DNA of 64,000 nucleotides from an uncultured Gemmatimonadales bacterium (lineage in GTDB: Bacteria > Gemmatimonadota > Gemmatimonadetes > Gemmatimonadales > GWC2-71-9), in the NCBI GenBank assembly GCA_963844035.1, contig CAWJMT010000014.1:9359-73358 (forward strand), written 5' to 3'. Numbering within the stretch: the first letter of the stretch is position 1; the number at the start of each line of letters is the position of its first letter. Below, one piece after another: positions 30,610 to 41,108 of this stretch. The notes beneath the pieces were generated by a model. It saw nothing but the letters and a program-made list of their open reading frames with translations. It searched no databases and had not been told where the DNA came from. Position numbers and translations under genes: made by a program.

Positions 30610-31154
30610 CCGTTCGCAACCTCCACCTGCTCGGGTCCCCGGTGCTGCGGCAGCGCGCCCAGCCGGTGGCGCCGACGGACGCTGCCGTCCGCGAGCTGGT
30701 GGATGACCTGTTCGAAACGATGCGGGCCGCCAAGGGAGTCGGCCTGGCGGCGAACCAGGTCGGGGTCGCGCAGCGCGTCGCGGTGGTGGACGTCGGCGAC
30801 GAGTTTGGTCCGCCCCTCGTGCTCATCAACCCGCGCATCGTGGAAGCCGGCACAGAAATGGAAAGCGCCGAGGAGGGCTGCCTGTCGATCCCGGACGTGT
30901 ACGCCGACGTGGACCGCCCCCACACGATCGTGCTGGAGGCGCTGGACCGTGACGCGCAGCCGTATCGCATCACGGTCACGGGATTCAGAGCCCGCGCCGT
31001 GCAGCACGAGATCGATCACCTCGACGGGATCCTCTTTCTCGACCGCCTGAGCGCCGTGAAGCGGGCCCTGCTGCTGTCAAAGTGGAAGAAGCTCCGCAAG
31101 GGAATGACCGGACACATCAAGGAGGTGACGCCCGAACCGGCGGGCGACCGGTAG
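30606..31154 (+). CDS. def: Peptide deformylase
   Basis: GVGLAANQVG, EGCLSIP, QHEIDHLDG. Confidence 0.97.
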   Translation: MTVRNLHLLGSPVLRQRAQPVAPTDAAVRELVDDLFETMRAAKGVGLAANQVGVAQRVAVVDVGDEFGPPLVLINPRIVEAGTEMESAEEGCLSIPDVYADVDRPHTIVLEALDRDAQPYRITVTGFRARAVQHEIDHLDGILFLDRLSAVKRALLLSKWKKLRKGMTGHIKEVTPEPAGDR

Positions 31155-32078
31155 GTGCGCGTCGTCTTCTTCGGTACTCCGGAATTCGCCGTCCCGTCGC
31201 TCGAAGCCCTCCTCGGTGAGGGCTTCGACGTCCTGGCGGTCGTGACGCAACCCGACCGTCCGCAAGGCCGGTCCCGTTCGCACGCGGTCGCGTCGCCGGT
31301 GAAGGAAGCCGCGCTGACGGAAGAAGTCCCCGTCCTGCAACCCGAGCGCCCCACCGACCCGGCCTTCATGCAAGCCCTGCGTGACCTCGCCCCGGACGTC
31401 GGCGTCGTGGTCGCCTACGGCCACATCCTGAAACCTGAAATACTGGCGGTGCCCGCCCGGGGGATGGTGAACCTGCATCCATCCCTGCTCCCCGAGCTGC
31501 GCGGCGCCGCGCCGATCGAATGGGCGATCATCAACGGGCTCGAGCGAACCGGCGTCACCATCATGCAGATGGAGGCTGGGATGGACTCCGGCCCGATCCT
31601 GCATCACATCCCCGAGGAGCTGCCGCCGGACATCACCGGCGGCGAGCTGTCGGCGCACCTGTCTGAAATCGGTGCCGAAGCGCTGGTCGAGGCGCTCATC
31701 ATGCTCGAGCAGGGTGCGGTTCAACCGCGCCCGCAGGAGCACGCGCGCGCCACGTATGCCCCCAAGCTGACCCGCGAGACTGCGCGCATCGATTGGACAG
31801 GAGCCGCGGAGCGCATCGCGCGCCTCATCCGGGGGCTCGACCCCAGGCCCGGGGCCTGGACCCAGCTCGACGGCCATGCGATCAAACTGTTCGGGGCCGC
31901 CGTGGGCCCGGGGCGCGGAGCGCCGGGTCAGGTGCTCCGCGCCGACAGCCACGTGGCGATCGCGGCGCGTGACGGCAGTGTGACCGTCGAAGAGGTACAG
32001 CCGGAAGGAAAATCGCGTATGGCCGCCGCCGAATGGGTCCGCGGCCGCGGCGTACAGGTGGGAGCGCGGTTCCAGTGA
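31155..32078 (+). CDS. fmt: Methionyl-tRNA formyltransferase
   Basis: FFGTPEFA, VTQPDRP, NLHPSLLP..RGAAPI. Confidence 0.97.
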   Translation: MRVVFFGTPEFAVPSLEALLGEGFDVLAVVTQPDRPQGRSRSHAVASPVKEAALTEEVPVLQPERPTDPAFMQALRDLAPDVGVVVAYGHILKPEILAVPARGMVNLHPSLLPELRGAAPIEWAIINGLERTGVTIMQMEAGMDSGPILHHIPEELPPDITGGELSAHLSEIGAEALVEALIMLEQGAVQPRPQEHARATYAPKLTRETARIDWTGAAERIARLIRGLDPRPGAWTQLDGHAIKLFGAAVGPGRGAPGQVLRADSHVAIAARDGSVTVEEVQPEGKSRMAAAEWVRGRGVQVGARFQ

Positions 32079-32689
32079 AACCCCCGCTGCCGCGCCTCCA
32101 TGCCATCACCGACGAGCGCGTCGCGCGCCGGAGCGACCTGGCCACCCTCGCGGAAGGCTTAGCCAACGCGGCGGGTGCCGACCTCGCATTGCACGCGCGC
32201 GGACGCGAGTTGAGCGGTGCCGAACATTTTGATCTCGCGACCCGCCTGTCCGCCTACCCGCCCACCCGCCTGTTCGTCAACGACCGCCTGGACATCGCCC
32301 TCGCTTGCGGCGCGAGCGGGGTCCAGCTGGGCGCCGCGAGTCTCGACCCCGAGGATGCCCGCCGTTTGAACACCCGCTGGTGGATCGGGAAGTCGGTCCA
32401 CACCCTGGCGGAAGCGGAGGCCGCGCGCCAGGCCGGGGCCGACTATCTTTTGGTGGGACCGGTATTTCCGACGGCGACGCATCCGACGCGTGACCCGGTC
32501 GACGCCGCTACTCTTAGCGCCATCGTCGCGCTCGGGTTGCCGGTGATCGCTATCGGGGGTGTCACACCGGGCCGGGCCGCGCCCCTCAAAGCGGCAGGAG
32601 TGCACGGCGTGGCGGCGATCAGGGCATTCTGGGACAGCGTGGATGGGCCGGACGTGGCGCGGCGGCTGCAGGGGGAGCTGGGTCAATGA
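32075..32689 (+). CDS. thiE: Thiamine phosphate synthase (ThiE/TenI family)
   Basis: VNDRLDIA, GKSVH, GPVFPTATH, AIGG; next to thiS/thiG. Could instead be the TenI paralog. Confidence 0.82.
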   Translation: MKPPLPRLHAITDERVARRSDLATLAEGLANAAGADLALHARGRELSGAEHFDLATRLSAYPPTRLFVNDRLDIALACGASGVQLGAASLDPEDARRLNTRWWIGKSVHTLAEAEAARQAGADYLLVGPVFPTATHPTRDPVDAATLSAIVALGLPVIAIGGVTPGRAAPLKAAGVHGVAAIRAFWDSVDGPDVARRLQGELGQ

Positions 32690-32898
32690 GCGAGACGATT
32701 GACGTCATCGTGAACGGCGAGCCACGGACGGTGGTGCGGGACGGGACACTTCTCGACCTGCTCGAGACGCTGCACCTGGACCCGCGAACCGTCGTGGTCG
32801 AGCACAACCGGACGATCGTGCGCCGGCCCGCCCTTGCGGGGGTGCGGGTGGCACCCGGTGACGCCATCGAGCTGGTGCATTTCGTGGGAGGCGGCTGA
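32686..32898 (+). CDS. thiS: Sulfur carrier protein
   Basis: VNGE start, C-terminal VHFVGGG. Confidence 0.95.
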   Translation: MSETIDVIVNGEPRTVVRDGTLLDLLETLHLDPRTVVVEHNRTIVRRPALAGVRVAPGDAIELVHFVGGG

Positions 32899-32902
32899 CG
32901 CC

Positions 32903-33703
32903 ATGACTACCGCGCTGGAAGTCCTCAAGGATACGCCGTTCACCATCGGCGGACGCACGTTCCGGTCCCGCCTGATGGTCGGGACGGGGAAGTACCGCGA
33001 CAACGAGACGATGGCGCAGGCAATCGCGGCATCGGGCGCCGACGTCGTCACGGTCGCCGTACGGCGGGTCAACCTCGACCGCGCGAGCGAAGAGGGCGTT
33101 CTGTATCACCTCGACCCGGCGCGCGTGTTTCTGCTCGCGAATACCGCCGGGTGCTACACCGCCGCGGACGCCGTGCGCTACGCCCGCCTGGCGCGGGAAG
33201 CGGGATTCAACGAGTTCGTCAAACTCGAAGTGATCGGCGACGAAGAAACGCTGCTGCCCGACGTGCAGGGGCTGCTGCAGGCGGCGCAGACGCTGGTGCA
33301 CGAGGGGTTCAAGGTGCTCGCCTACACCAACGAGGACCTGGTGACCGCCCTGCGCCTGGAAGACGCCGGCGTCGCGGCCGTCATGCCGCTCGCTTCACCC
33401 ATCGGCAGCGGGCTGGGGCTCATCAACCCGTACAGCGTGCGCCTCATCAAGCGGCGGTTGCAGGTCCCCGTCGTGGTGGACGCGGGCGTCGGCACCGCCT
33501 CCGATGCGTGCCTCACCATGGAGCAGGGCGTGGACGGCATCCTCATGAACACGGCGATCGCGGCCGCGCGCGACCCGAGCGCCATGGCGCACGCGATGCG
33601 CCTCGCGGTCGAAGCGGGACGGGCCGCGTTTCTGGCCGGCCGCATGCCGCGCCGCGAAGTGGCCGTTCCCTCCTCCCCGCTCGATGGGATGCTGGGGGAA
33701 TGA
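32903..33703 (+). CDS. thiG: Thiazole synthase
   Basis: SRLMVGTGKY, NTAGC, KLEVIGD, MPLASPIGSG, DAGVG. Confidence 0.97.
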   Translation: MTTALEVLKDTPFTIGGRTFRSRLMVGTGKYRDNETMAQAIAASGADVVTVAVRRVNLDRASEEGVLYHLDPARVFLLANTAGCYTAADAVRYARLAREAGFNEFVKLEVIGDEETLLPDVQGLLQAAQTLVHEGFKVLAYTNEDLVTALRLEDAGVAAVMPLASPIGSGLGLINPYSVRLIKRRLQVPVVVDAGVGTASDACLTMEQGVDGILMNTAIAAARDPSAMAHAMRLAVEAGRAAFLAGRMPRREVAVPSSPLDGMLGE

Positions 33704-34482
33704 CGATGCGCTGGCGCCGCCACGAGCCGCCTTCATCCGACTGGCGCTGGACGATGCCCAACCTGTTCGCAGGCGGGTCGGCCAAACGGTGGGCACTGTA
33801 CGGGGCGAGCGCCGTGCTCGCGGGCTACCTGACGGCGTACCTTTTGATCTTTCCGGCGCCATTGCTCCATGGTCACGAGGCCGTGCCGCGCGTCGTAGGG
33901 TTGAGCCTGACCGACGCGACGAGCGCGATCACCAAGGCGGGCCTGCAGGTCCAGGACGGCGGCTCGGAGCCAGACCCGTCGACGCCGCAGGGCTACGTCA
34001 TCTGGCAGGATCCGCCCCCCGGGGTCACCGCTCCTGCCGGGCTGCGCGTGACCCTGGTGTCGAGCGACGGACCACCCAAGATTCCCGTGCCCGACGTGAC
34101 GGGACTGGGAGGCGCGCTGGCGCAGCGTCTGATCGCGGCGGCCGGACTCAGCGCGGCGCAGGTGGAGTCGGTCCAGGCACCGTCCGTTCCCGGCGTCACC
34201 ATGATGACGCGCCCGCCGGCAGGCACCGTGCTCGCCTCGGGAGCGCCCGTCACGGTCGTGGTCAGCCGCGGCGCGCCCACGATCCCCGTGCCCGACCTGC
34301 TGGGGATGTCGCAAGGGGATGCGCGGACCCGGGTCGAGATGGAAGGATTGCAGCTCGGCAGTGTGACGCGGCGCCGGACCGCCGGCGCCAATCCCGGTAC
34401 AGTGGTAGCACAGACGCCGGCGGCAGGCACCCTCGCCGCCCCCGGCACCGTCGTGGACATCGTCGTCGCCCGGAGCCTCTAA
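33700..34482 (+). CDS. Membrane-anchored PASTA-domain protein (three PASTA repeats)
   Basis: One TM helix followed by VPRVVG, VPDVTG and VPDLLG repeats. Confidence 0.88.
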   Translation: MTMRWRRHEPPSSDWRWTMPNLFAGGSAKRWALYGASAVLAGYLTAYLLIFPAPLLHGHEAVPRVVGLSLTDATSAITKAGLQVQDGGSEPDPSTPQGYVIWQDPPPGVTAPAGLRVTLVSSDGPPKIPVPDVTGLGGALAQRLIAAAGLSAAQVESVQAPSVPGVTMMTRPPAGTVLASGAPVTVVVSRGAPTIPVPDLLGMSQGDARTRVEMEGLQLGSVTRRRTAGANPGTVVAQTPAAGTLAAPGTVVDIVVARSL

Positions 34483-34485
34483 CTA

Positions 34486-35157
34486 ATGACGAATGGCATT
34501 CGCATCGCCCCCAGTGTCCTGAGCGCAGACTTGACCCGCCTGGCCGACCAGGTGCAGCTGCTCGTCGCCGGCGGCGCCGATTGGCTGCACGTGGACGTGA
34601 TGGACGGGCGGTTCGTCCCGAATCTCACGTTCGGGGCCAACATGATCGAGGCGCTGAAGAAGCTGTCCGACAAGCCGCTCGACGTGCACCTGATGGTGGT
34701 CGAGCCCGAGCGATACATCGACCGGTTCGCCGATGCGGGCGCGTCCGTATTCACGTTTCATCCGGAGGTGTCGCCGCACGCGCAGCGGCACCTGGCGCAC
34801 GTGAAGAGCCGCGGGATGATGGCGGGCCTGGCGCTCAACCCCAGCTCGCCGCTCTCCATGGTGGAGGAAGTGGTCGCAGACCTCGACCTGCTGCTGATCA
34901 TGACGGTGAACCCCGGGTTCGGGGGGCAGTCGTACATCCCTGGCTCGAACGACAAGATCCGCCGGGCGCGTGAGCTGCTGAACGCCCGGGGCTCGCGCGC
35001 GTTCCTCGAGGTGGATGGGGGGATCAGCCGTCAGACGATCGCCGCCGCCCACGCGGCCGGCGCCGACACCTTCGTCGCGGGCAACGCCGTGTTCGGAAGC
35101 CAGGACCCGAGCCGGGAGGTGGAGGAGTTGCGCCGGAGGTGTCTTGTCACGGTATGA
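34486..35157 (+). CDS. rpe: Ribulose-phosphate 3-epimerase
   Basis: IAPSVLSAD, HVDVMDGRFVPN, MTVNPGFGGQ, EVDGG. Confidence 0.97.
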   Translation: MTNGIRIAPSVLSADLTRLADQVQLLVAGGADWLHVDVMDGRFVPNLTFGANMIEALKKLSDKPLDVHLMVVEPERYIDRFADAGASVFTFHPEVSPHAQRHLAHVKSRGMMAGLALNPSSPLSMVEEVVADLDLLLIMTVNPGFGGQSYIPGSNDKIRRARELLNARGSRAFLEVDGGISRQTIAAAHAAGADTFVAGNAVFGSQDPSREVEELRRRCLVTV

Positions 35158-35690
35158 CCAGCCAGCGCCGCTGGAGCCTTCTGGCCGGCACGGTGATGAC
35201 GTTCGTTTTCATCGCCGCGCTCGTCCTGAAGGTCCGTCCGCAGATGGACCTGATCGGAGCCGGGTCGAAAGCTCCCGATTTCCAGGCCGTGAACCTGCGC
35301 ACGCACCGTCCCGCGTCGCTGGCCGACTATGCCGGTAAGGTCATCGTGCTCAACATCTGGGCGACCTGGTGCGACCCGTGCCGCCTGGAAATGCCTTCGA
35401 TGCAGAGACTCAGCGAGCGCCTCGCCGGTCCCGATTTCCGTGTCGTGGCGGTGAGCGTGGACAAGGACGACCCGGAGGGCGTGATGAAATTCGTAAACGA
35501 CCTCGGGCTCCGCTTCGACATTCTGCACGACCCGTCGGGCAAGATCCAGCAAACGCTCCAGACGACCGGTGTGCCCGAAAGCTTCGTGATCGATCGCAGC
35601 GGCACGATCATCAAGAAGGTCATCGGTGCGGAACGGTGGGACTCGCCGGTGAATGAGACTCTGATCAAGCATCTGCTCGATGCCCGCTAA
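35154..35690 (+). CDS. TlpA/ResA-family thiol-disulfide oxidoreductase
   Basis: N-terminal TM helix, NIWATWCDPCRLEMP, GVPESF. Confidence 0.9.
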   Translation: MTSQRRWSLLAGTVMTFVFIAALVLKVRPQMDLIGAGSKAPDFQAVNLRTHRPASLADYAGKVIVLNIWATWCDPCRLEMPSMQRLSERLAGPDFRVVAVSVDKDDPEGVMKFVNDLGLRFDILHDPSGKIQQTLQTTGVPESFVIDRSGTIIKKVIGAERWDSPVNETLIKHLLDAR

Positions 35691-36679
35691 TTTGGGCCAG
35701 CTGTTCACCCGCAACTGGCCGGTCAAGCTCGCCGCCCTGTTCTTCGCGGTGATGCTGTACGCCGCCGTCGCCGCCCAGCAGCCGATCACGCAGTTGTTCG
35801 CGCTCGACCTCGAAGTAGCGGCGCCCCCGGGACGCGCGATCAGGCAGGCACCCACGACCATCTCGGTGCTGTTGAGCGGCAGAGGGGCCGAGCTGCTGAA
35901 GCTGCGCTCGCTCCCGCGGGTGATCACCAAGACCGTCCCCGACACGTTTTCGGGATCGCTCTGGCACATCCGGCTTCAGGCGTCCGACGTGCCCATTCCG
36001 AATGGCGTGGACGTCCAGGTCGCGGACCTGTCGCCGCGAGACGTGGACGTGGCGCTCGACTCCGCCTCGCGACGGGAGGTGCGCATCGTCCCACGGATCA
36101 CGTTGCATGGCGATTCCAACGTCGTGCTGCAGGGCGTCGTGGTCCGTCCGGGTACCGCCCGTCTCGTGGGGCCGCCCAAGAGCCTCACGGGAATCGACTC
36201 GGTGGTGACCGATCCGATTTCGATTCCCGGCGACACCGGACCGTTCTCCCGCACCGTCGCGATCGAAACAAGCAGCCTCGGCGTCGCCCGGGTCGTGCCC
36301 ACCGAGGTGCTGGTGTCGGGCGAAGTGGCGGCCGTCATGCAGCGCAGCTTCCCCGGCGTGCTCGTCACCACCGCCGCGTCGGGTTTCGCCGGGTTCACCC
36401 TGGATCGCGAGCGGGTGGTCGTGCAGGTGCAAGGTCCGGCGCACCGCGTGGCGGCGCTGACGCGCGACAGCCTGCGCGTGGTCGCCCACCTGGTCGGCCA
36501 CGCCGGCCCGGACGCGTACGCGCGCCTCAGCGTCGGCGCGCTCCCCGGGATCACCGCGCGCGCCGTCCCGGACTCCGTGGGCCTTAAAGCCGCCGGCCGT
36601 CAAGCCGACGCCGGCCGCCAAGCCGGCGCCGACCACCAAGCCGACGCCCACCGTCAAGAAGAAAGGGAGCCGTGGCTGA
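35680..36679 (+). CDS. YbbR/CdaR-like membrane-anchored protein with Pro/Lys-rich tail (probable frameshift near 36587)
   Basis: NWPVKLAALFFAVMLY N-terminus and beta-rich repeats. The shifted frame gives KPPAVKPTPAAKPAPTTKPTPTVKKKGSRG*, overlapping the tsaD start. Confidence 0.75.
36601..36658 (+). repeat. 18-bp tandem repeat x3 (CAAGCCGRCGCC...), coding
   Basis: CAAGCCGACGCCGGCCGC, CAAGCCGGCGCCGACCAC, CAAGCCGACGCCCACCGT. Confidence 0.8.
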
Positions 36680-37718
36680 CGTCGTCCTCGGCATCGAGAC
36701 GTCGTGCGACGAGACGTCCGCCGCCGTGCTGGTGACCGACGGCCCCCATCCCGAGTTGGCGAGCCTGGTAATCCTGTCGCAGGACATTCATCAGGTATTC
36801 GGCGGCGTCGTGCCGGAGCTCGCGAGCCGCGCGCATCTCGCCACGCTGCCGGCAGTCGTCGAGCGGGCGCTCGTCGAGGCAGGCCTCGGGTGGCACGCGG
36901 TGGACGCGATTGCCGTGACCGCGGGGCCGGGGCTCGTCGGCGCGCTACTCGTCGGCGTCACATACGCCAAGGCGCTCGCCTATGCGGGGGATCGCGCGCT
37001 GATCGGCGTGAATCACCTCGAGGGCCATCTGTTCGCACCCGCGGTGGAGGACCCCGCGCTCGAGCCCCCGTTCGTCGCCCTGCTCGCGTCGGGGGGCCAT
37101 ACGCTGCTGCTCGACGTGCCCGCCTGGGGACACTACCGCCTGCTCGGGGCCACCCGCGATGACGCGGCCGGCGAAGCGTTCGACAAGGTCGCGACCCTGC
37201 TCGGCCTCGGCTATCCGGGAGGGCCCGAGATCGAGCGCGTCGCCGCGCAGGGCAACCCCGCGCGCTTCACGTTCCCGCGGCCGATGAAGAACGAAGGCTA
37301 CGAGTTCTCCTTCTCCGGGCTCAAGACCGCCGTGCTGCACGCCGTGCGCGCCAGCGCTGACCTGCCGCGCGACCGGGCCGACCTCGCCCGCGGATTCCAG
37401 GACGCGCTGCTCGACGTGCTCGTGACGAAGCTCGAGCGCGCCATCCGCGCGACCGGCTACCCGACCGCCGTGCTGGGCGGGGGCGTCGCCTGCAGCCGTG
37501 CGCTCACGCAGCTCGCCGCTCAGCGCCTCACAGGGATCGCGCGCGTCGCCGTCGCCCGCCCCCGTCTCAATGCCGACAATGCGGCGATGATCGCCCGGGC
37601 CGGGGCGTTCCGGCTCGGCCTCGGAGAGCGCAGCGACTGGACGCTCGATGCACGCGCCGACCTGCCGCTCCCCGGTCTTGAGACGCCACCCGCCCACCTT
37701 CACGCGCCACACTCATGA
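36672..37718 (+). CDS. tsaD: tRNA threonylcarbamoyltransferase
   Basis: LGIETSCDETSAA, GGVVPELASRAH, NHLEGH, DDAAGEAFDK, FSFSGLKTA, DNAAMIA. Confidence 0.97.
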   Translation: MADVVLGIETSCDETSAAVLVTDGPHPELASLVILSQDIHQVFGGVVPELASRAHLATLPAVVERALVEAGLGWHAVDAIAVTAGPGLVGALLVGVTYAKALAYAGDRALIGVNHLEGHLFAPAVEDPALEPPFVALLASGGHTLLLDVPAWGHYRLLGATRDDAAGEAFDKVATLLGLGYPGGPEIERVAAQGNPARFTFPRPMKNEGYEFSFSGLKTAVLHAVRASADLPRDRADLARGFQDALLDVLVTKLERAIRATGYPTAVLGGGVACSRALTQLAAQRLTGIARVAVARPRLNADNAAMIARAGAFRLGLGERSDWTLDARADLPLPGLETPPAHLHAPHS

Positions 37719-38567
37719 CGATCTATCCGTTCGTGCTGCAGATCGGCCCCCTCGCGCTCACCGGCTACGGCCTCATGATGATGGCGGCCTTTCTCATGGC
37801 GGGCTGGGCGATGCAGCTCGAGCTGCGCCAGCGCGGCCTCAACGAAGACTACGCGGCCGATATCGTTGTCGCGGCGGTGGTGGGCGGATTGGTCGGCGCC
37901 AAGCTGTGGTACGTGGTGTGGAGCCGCGATTGGACGGCTCTGTTTCATCGCGGCGGGTTCGTGTGGTACGGCGGCCTGCTCGGCGGCATCGGCGCCGTGC
38001 TCTTCAACGGCTGGCGCCTACGGGTACCGCCGCGGTACACGATGGAGATCACGGGCGCGGCACTGGCCCTGGGGTATGCGATCGGCCGAGTGGGATGTTT
38101 TCTGGTGAACGACGACTACGGCCTGCCCTCGACGCTCCCCTGGGCGATGAAGTTTCCCAACGGCCTGCCGCCGACCACGGTCGCCAACCTCTCGAGGCTC
38201 CACGGCACCTTCCCGCCCGACGCCAGTCCCTTCGACGTGGTGGCAGTGCATCCCACACAGATCTACGAGACGATCCTGATGCTGCTGGCGTTCGTGTTGC
38301 TCTGGCGGCTGCGCACGCACCGGCACGGTTTGGGATGGCGCTTCGGGATCGTATCTCGTGCTGGCGGGAGCGGAGCGATTCATCATCGAGTTCGTGCGCG
38401 CCAAAGACGACCGGATCTTCGGGCCACTGTCCGTAGCCCAGGTGACGAGTACGCTGGTGGCGCTCGCTGGGGTCGCGATCCTGGTGCGGCTGCGCGCGCC
38501 CGGTGGGGCGGAGCCGGAGATTCCCAAACGCCTCGTGGCTCCTCCAGCGCAGCCGGCTGCCGCCTAG
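37715..38567 (+). CDS. lgt: Prolipoprotein diacylglyceryl transferase (frameshift near 38345)
   Basis: GGFVWYGG, GRVGCFLV.DDYG, HPTQIYE, and ERFIIEFVR in the second frame. Confidence 0.93.
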
Positions 38568-40615
38568 CGCACCGGCGCGCCGCCCGCCTGCACTCCGAAG
38601 AAGCGGCCGCGCTGCAGCCACACGATGGCAAAGATCAGCAGCACCACCAGGACGCCTTGTAACGCCAGCGACTCAACGGTGGGATAGATCCCGAACACCG
38701 GGATGCGGGGCGCCCACTCGAGCACCGTGGTGCCGATCATGCCCCCCTCCTGAAACGCTGCGACTCCCTTCCCCGCGAACACGAACGCCATGTAGTACAG
38801 CATTGCGCTGGTGACGGCGAAGAACGGCCGCATGGGGATCTTCACCCCGAAACGCTTGATCGCCAGATACAACGCGACGAGGCCCACCGACCCGAGTGCG
38901 ATGCCCGCCGCCACCGCCGCCGCGCCCCCTGCCGCGCCACCCGCGGAGGTCAGCAGCGCCTTGTAGAACAGGATGGTCTCGAAGCCCTCGCGGTAGACGG
39001 CGAGAAAGGAGACCGACGCAAGCGTGAGGCTCGATCCCGTCGATAGCGCACCCTGGAGCCGCCCCTTCACGAACGCGTTCCACTTGGCCACCTCGATCTT
39101 GGACAGCAGCCAGTAGCTCACGTAGAACAGCACCGCCGCGGCCGCCAACATCGTGCCACCTTCGAGCGCTTCGCGCTGCCCGGGCGTGATGTGAAACAGC
39201 ATCTCGATCGCAACCGCAGTTACGATGCTCGCGGCCACCGCGGCCCACGCACCCTTCGCCACGTCGCGCCGCCGCTCGGTGGCGCCCGCTTTGGCGAGGA
39301 ATGTCATCAGGGCGGCCACGATCAGAATCGCTTCGAAGCCTTCGCGCAACATCAGTACGAACGACTCCATGAACAGACTGGCGCTCGACATCTTGTCCAC
39401 GACCACGCGCTCCGCGCGCTCGAGCGCCGAGAGGAGGCGCGCGTGAGTCGCGTTCAGCTCGGCGGGAGAGGCGCCGGCAGCCGCCTGGGTGCGCAGTGCG
39501 CTGAACCCGTCTTCGAGCTCACCGGCCAGCGTGGGATTGTGCGCGCGGACCTGGGTCTCGACCTGCTCGAAGGTGAGATACGCGCCGAACGCCGCCTTGG
39601 AGGAGCGCAGGGCGACGGCCGAGTCGAGCTGGCGCCGCACGTCCATGAACACCGTGGATCCCGCCGTCGTCGGCTGACTCTGCTGTCGCTCCTGCACCGG
39701 GAGCACGCGCAGGAACGCGGCGACCTTCTCCGCCGCGGCGCGATCCATCACACGCGCGAACGCCGGCATCGGCGAGCCGGCCCGACCGTTGAGCATCATC
39801 TCGATCAGGTCCTCGTCGGAGAGTCGTCCCTGCACTGCGAGATCGGCGAGCGCCGGTGGACTCACGGACAGCGTGCGGGCGTGCACTCCATCCCCGCGAC
39901 CGGTGACGCCGTGACAGGAGGCGCATTGCACCGCGTACAGCCCCTCGCCTTCGTGCACGGCGCCCTGATCGGCGCGCAGCGTGCTCAGGTAGGTCGTCAC
40001 CGCCCAGCGATCGTCGGACGAGAGGCTCTGGGCGTACTCGGGCATGCCCGTGCCTTCGATCCCGATCGCGATCTTGCGATACATGTCCACCGGGGAGACG
40101 CTGGCCAGCTCCGCACGGTCGGTGAGATCGGCGGGGGGCGGGCCGACCAGGCCCTTGGCCTTGGGGCCGTCACCGCGCCCAGCCGCGCCGTGACACTGGA
40201 TGCACTGCTCGCGATAGACGGCAGCGCCGCGGGCCAGCGTGGGTGGACGAGCCGGGAACGGGTCCAGAGCGCCACCCGCGGCGACGCCGATCCGTTGGAT
40301 CAGGGCCGCAGCGCGTGCCGCCACCGAGTCGGGAGGGGCCACCCGGTCGAGCATCGCCCGTAGGGCGAGCAGCTCGGCGTCGGCCACCTGACGAACCGCC
40401 GTCGGGAGCGACGGCCCATCGAGCCGGGCGGCATCGAGGAACAGCTTGGCCTCCTCGACTTCCTGGGCGGCCACGACCCGGCCGCCCCCGGCGCTCACGC
40501 CGTTCGCGTACTCCTTGGCCGCCAGCGACGTGGCGGCAACCACGCGCCGGGCGACGGTAAGCGAATCGTCGCGCTGCGCAGCGAGCAGGCCCGCGCTCGT
40601 CGCGCTCAAGGCCAA
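38564..40615 (-). CDS. Diheme cytochrome c fused to FTR1 iron permease (true start may be upstream, near CTG 40654)
   Basis: CIQCH and CASCH heme motifs; two REGFE motifs in the TM domain. Confidence 0.9.
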   Translation of the reverse strand: MALSATSAGLLAAQRDDSLTVARRVVAATSLAAKEYANGVSAGGGRVVAAQEVEEAKLFLDAARLDGPSLPTAVRQVADAELLALRAMLDRVAPPDSVAARAAALIQRIGVAAGGALDPFPARPPTLARGAAVYREQCIQCHGAAGRGDGPKAKGLVGPPPADLTDRAELASVSPVDMYRKIAIGIEGTGMPEYAQSLSSDDRWAVTTYLSTLRADQGAVHEGEGLYAVQCASCHGVTGRGDGVHARTLSVSPPALADLAVQGRLSDEDLIEMMLNGRAGSPMPAFARVMDRAAAEKVAAFLRVLPVQERQQSQPTTAGSTVFMDVRRQLDSAVALRSSKAAFGAYLTFEQVETQVRAHNPTLAGELEDGFSALRTQAAAGASPAELNATHARLLSALERAERVVVDKMSSASLFMESFVLMLREGFEAILIVAALMTFLAKAGATERRRDVAKGAWAAVAASIVTAVAIEMLFHITPGQREALEGGTMLAAAAVLFYVSYWLLSKIEVAKWNAFVKGRLQGALSTGSSLTLASVSFLAVYREGFETILFYKALLTSAGGAAGGAAAVAAGIALGSVGLVALYLAIKRFGVKIPMRPFFAVTSAMLYYMAFVFAGKGVAAFQEGGMIGTTVLEWAPRIPVFGIYPTVESLALQGVLVVLLIFAIVWLQRGRFFGVQAGGAPVR

Positions 40616-40638
40616 GCTGATTAATAGCTTACGGTAGA

Positions 40639-40653
40639 TGAGAACGGTTCTCA
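40639..40653. promoter_or_regulatory. Fur-box-like 7-1-7 palindrome TGAGAAC-G-GTTCTCA
   Basis: Perfect inverted repeat at the 5' end of an iron permease gene, in an AT-rich patch. Confidence 0.72.
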
Positions 40654-40708
40654 GAAAGAAGATATCAAAAAGTAGAGCAGGATTGTCGGGAATTCAAGCT
40701 ACCCGAGG

Positions 40709-41095
40709 TCAGTCCCCTACCAGGACGGCCATGGCGATGGCGGCCAGGTGGGTATGGGAGAGGGAGAGGAGGACGCGTCGTACCCCCAGGGTTTCCGCTC
40801 GTGCGGCGGCCGACCCCGACAAGAGGACGTCGGGCCGTCCATCGGGGGCCCGCGTCACCTCGATTTCCCGCCAGCCGATCCCCCGAGCCGCATCGCTCCC
40901 CTGGAGCGCCTTGTAGACCGCCTCCTTGGCCGCCAGCCGCACGGCGACGTGGGTCGCCGGATCGGGGCGGCTCTCGCAATAGGCGCGCTCCGCCGGGGTG
41001 AGCAGCCGCTCGAATACACGGCCCCCCTTGTCCGCGATGATCTTGCTGACCCGCGCCACCTCCACGAGATCGACGCCCACGCCGAGGGTGTTCAC
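40709..41095 (-). CDS. acpS: Holo-ACP synthase
   Basis: GVGVDLVE, RLAAKEAVYKAL, LSLSH. Confidence 0.94.
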   Translation of the reverse strand: MNTLGVGVDLVEVARVSKIIADKGGRVFERLLTPAERAYCESRPDPATHVAVRLAAKEAVYKALQGSDAARGIGWREIEVTRAPDGRPDVLLSGSAAARAETLGVRRVLLSLSHTHLAAIAMAVLVGD

Positions 41096-41108
41096 GTTGT
41101 GGTTGGGA

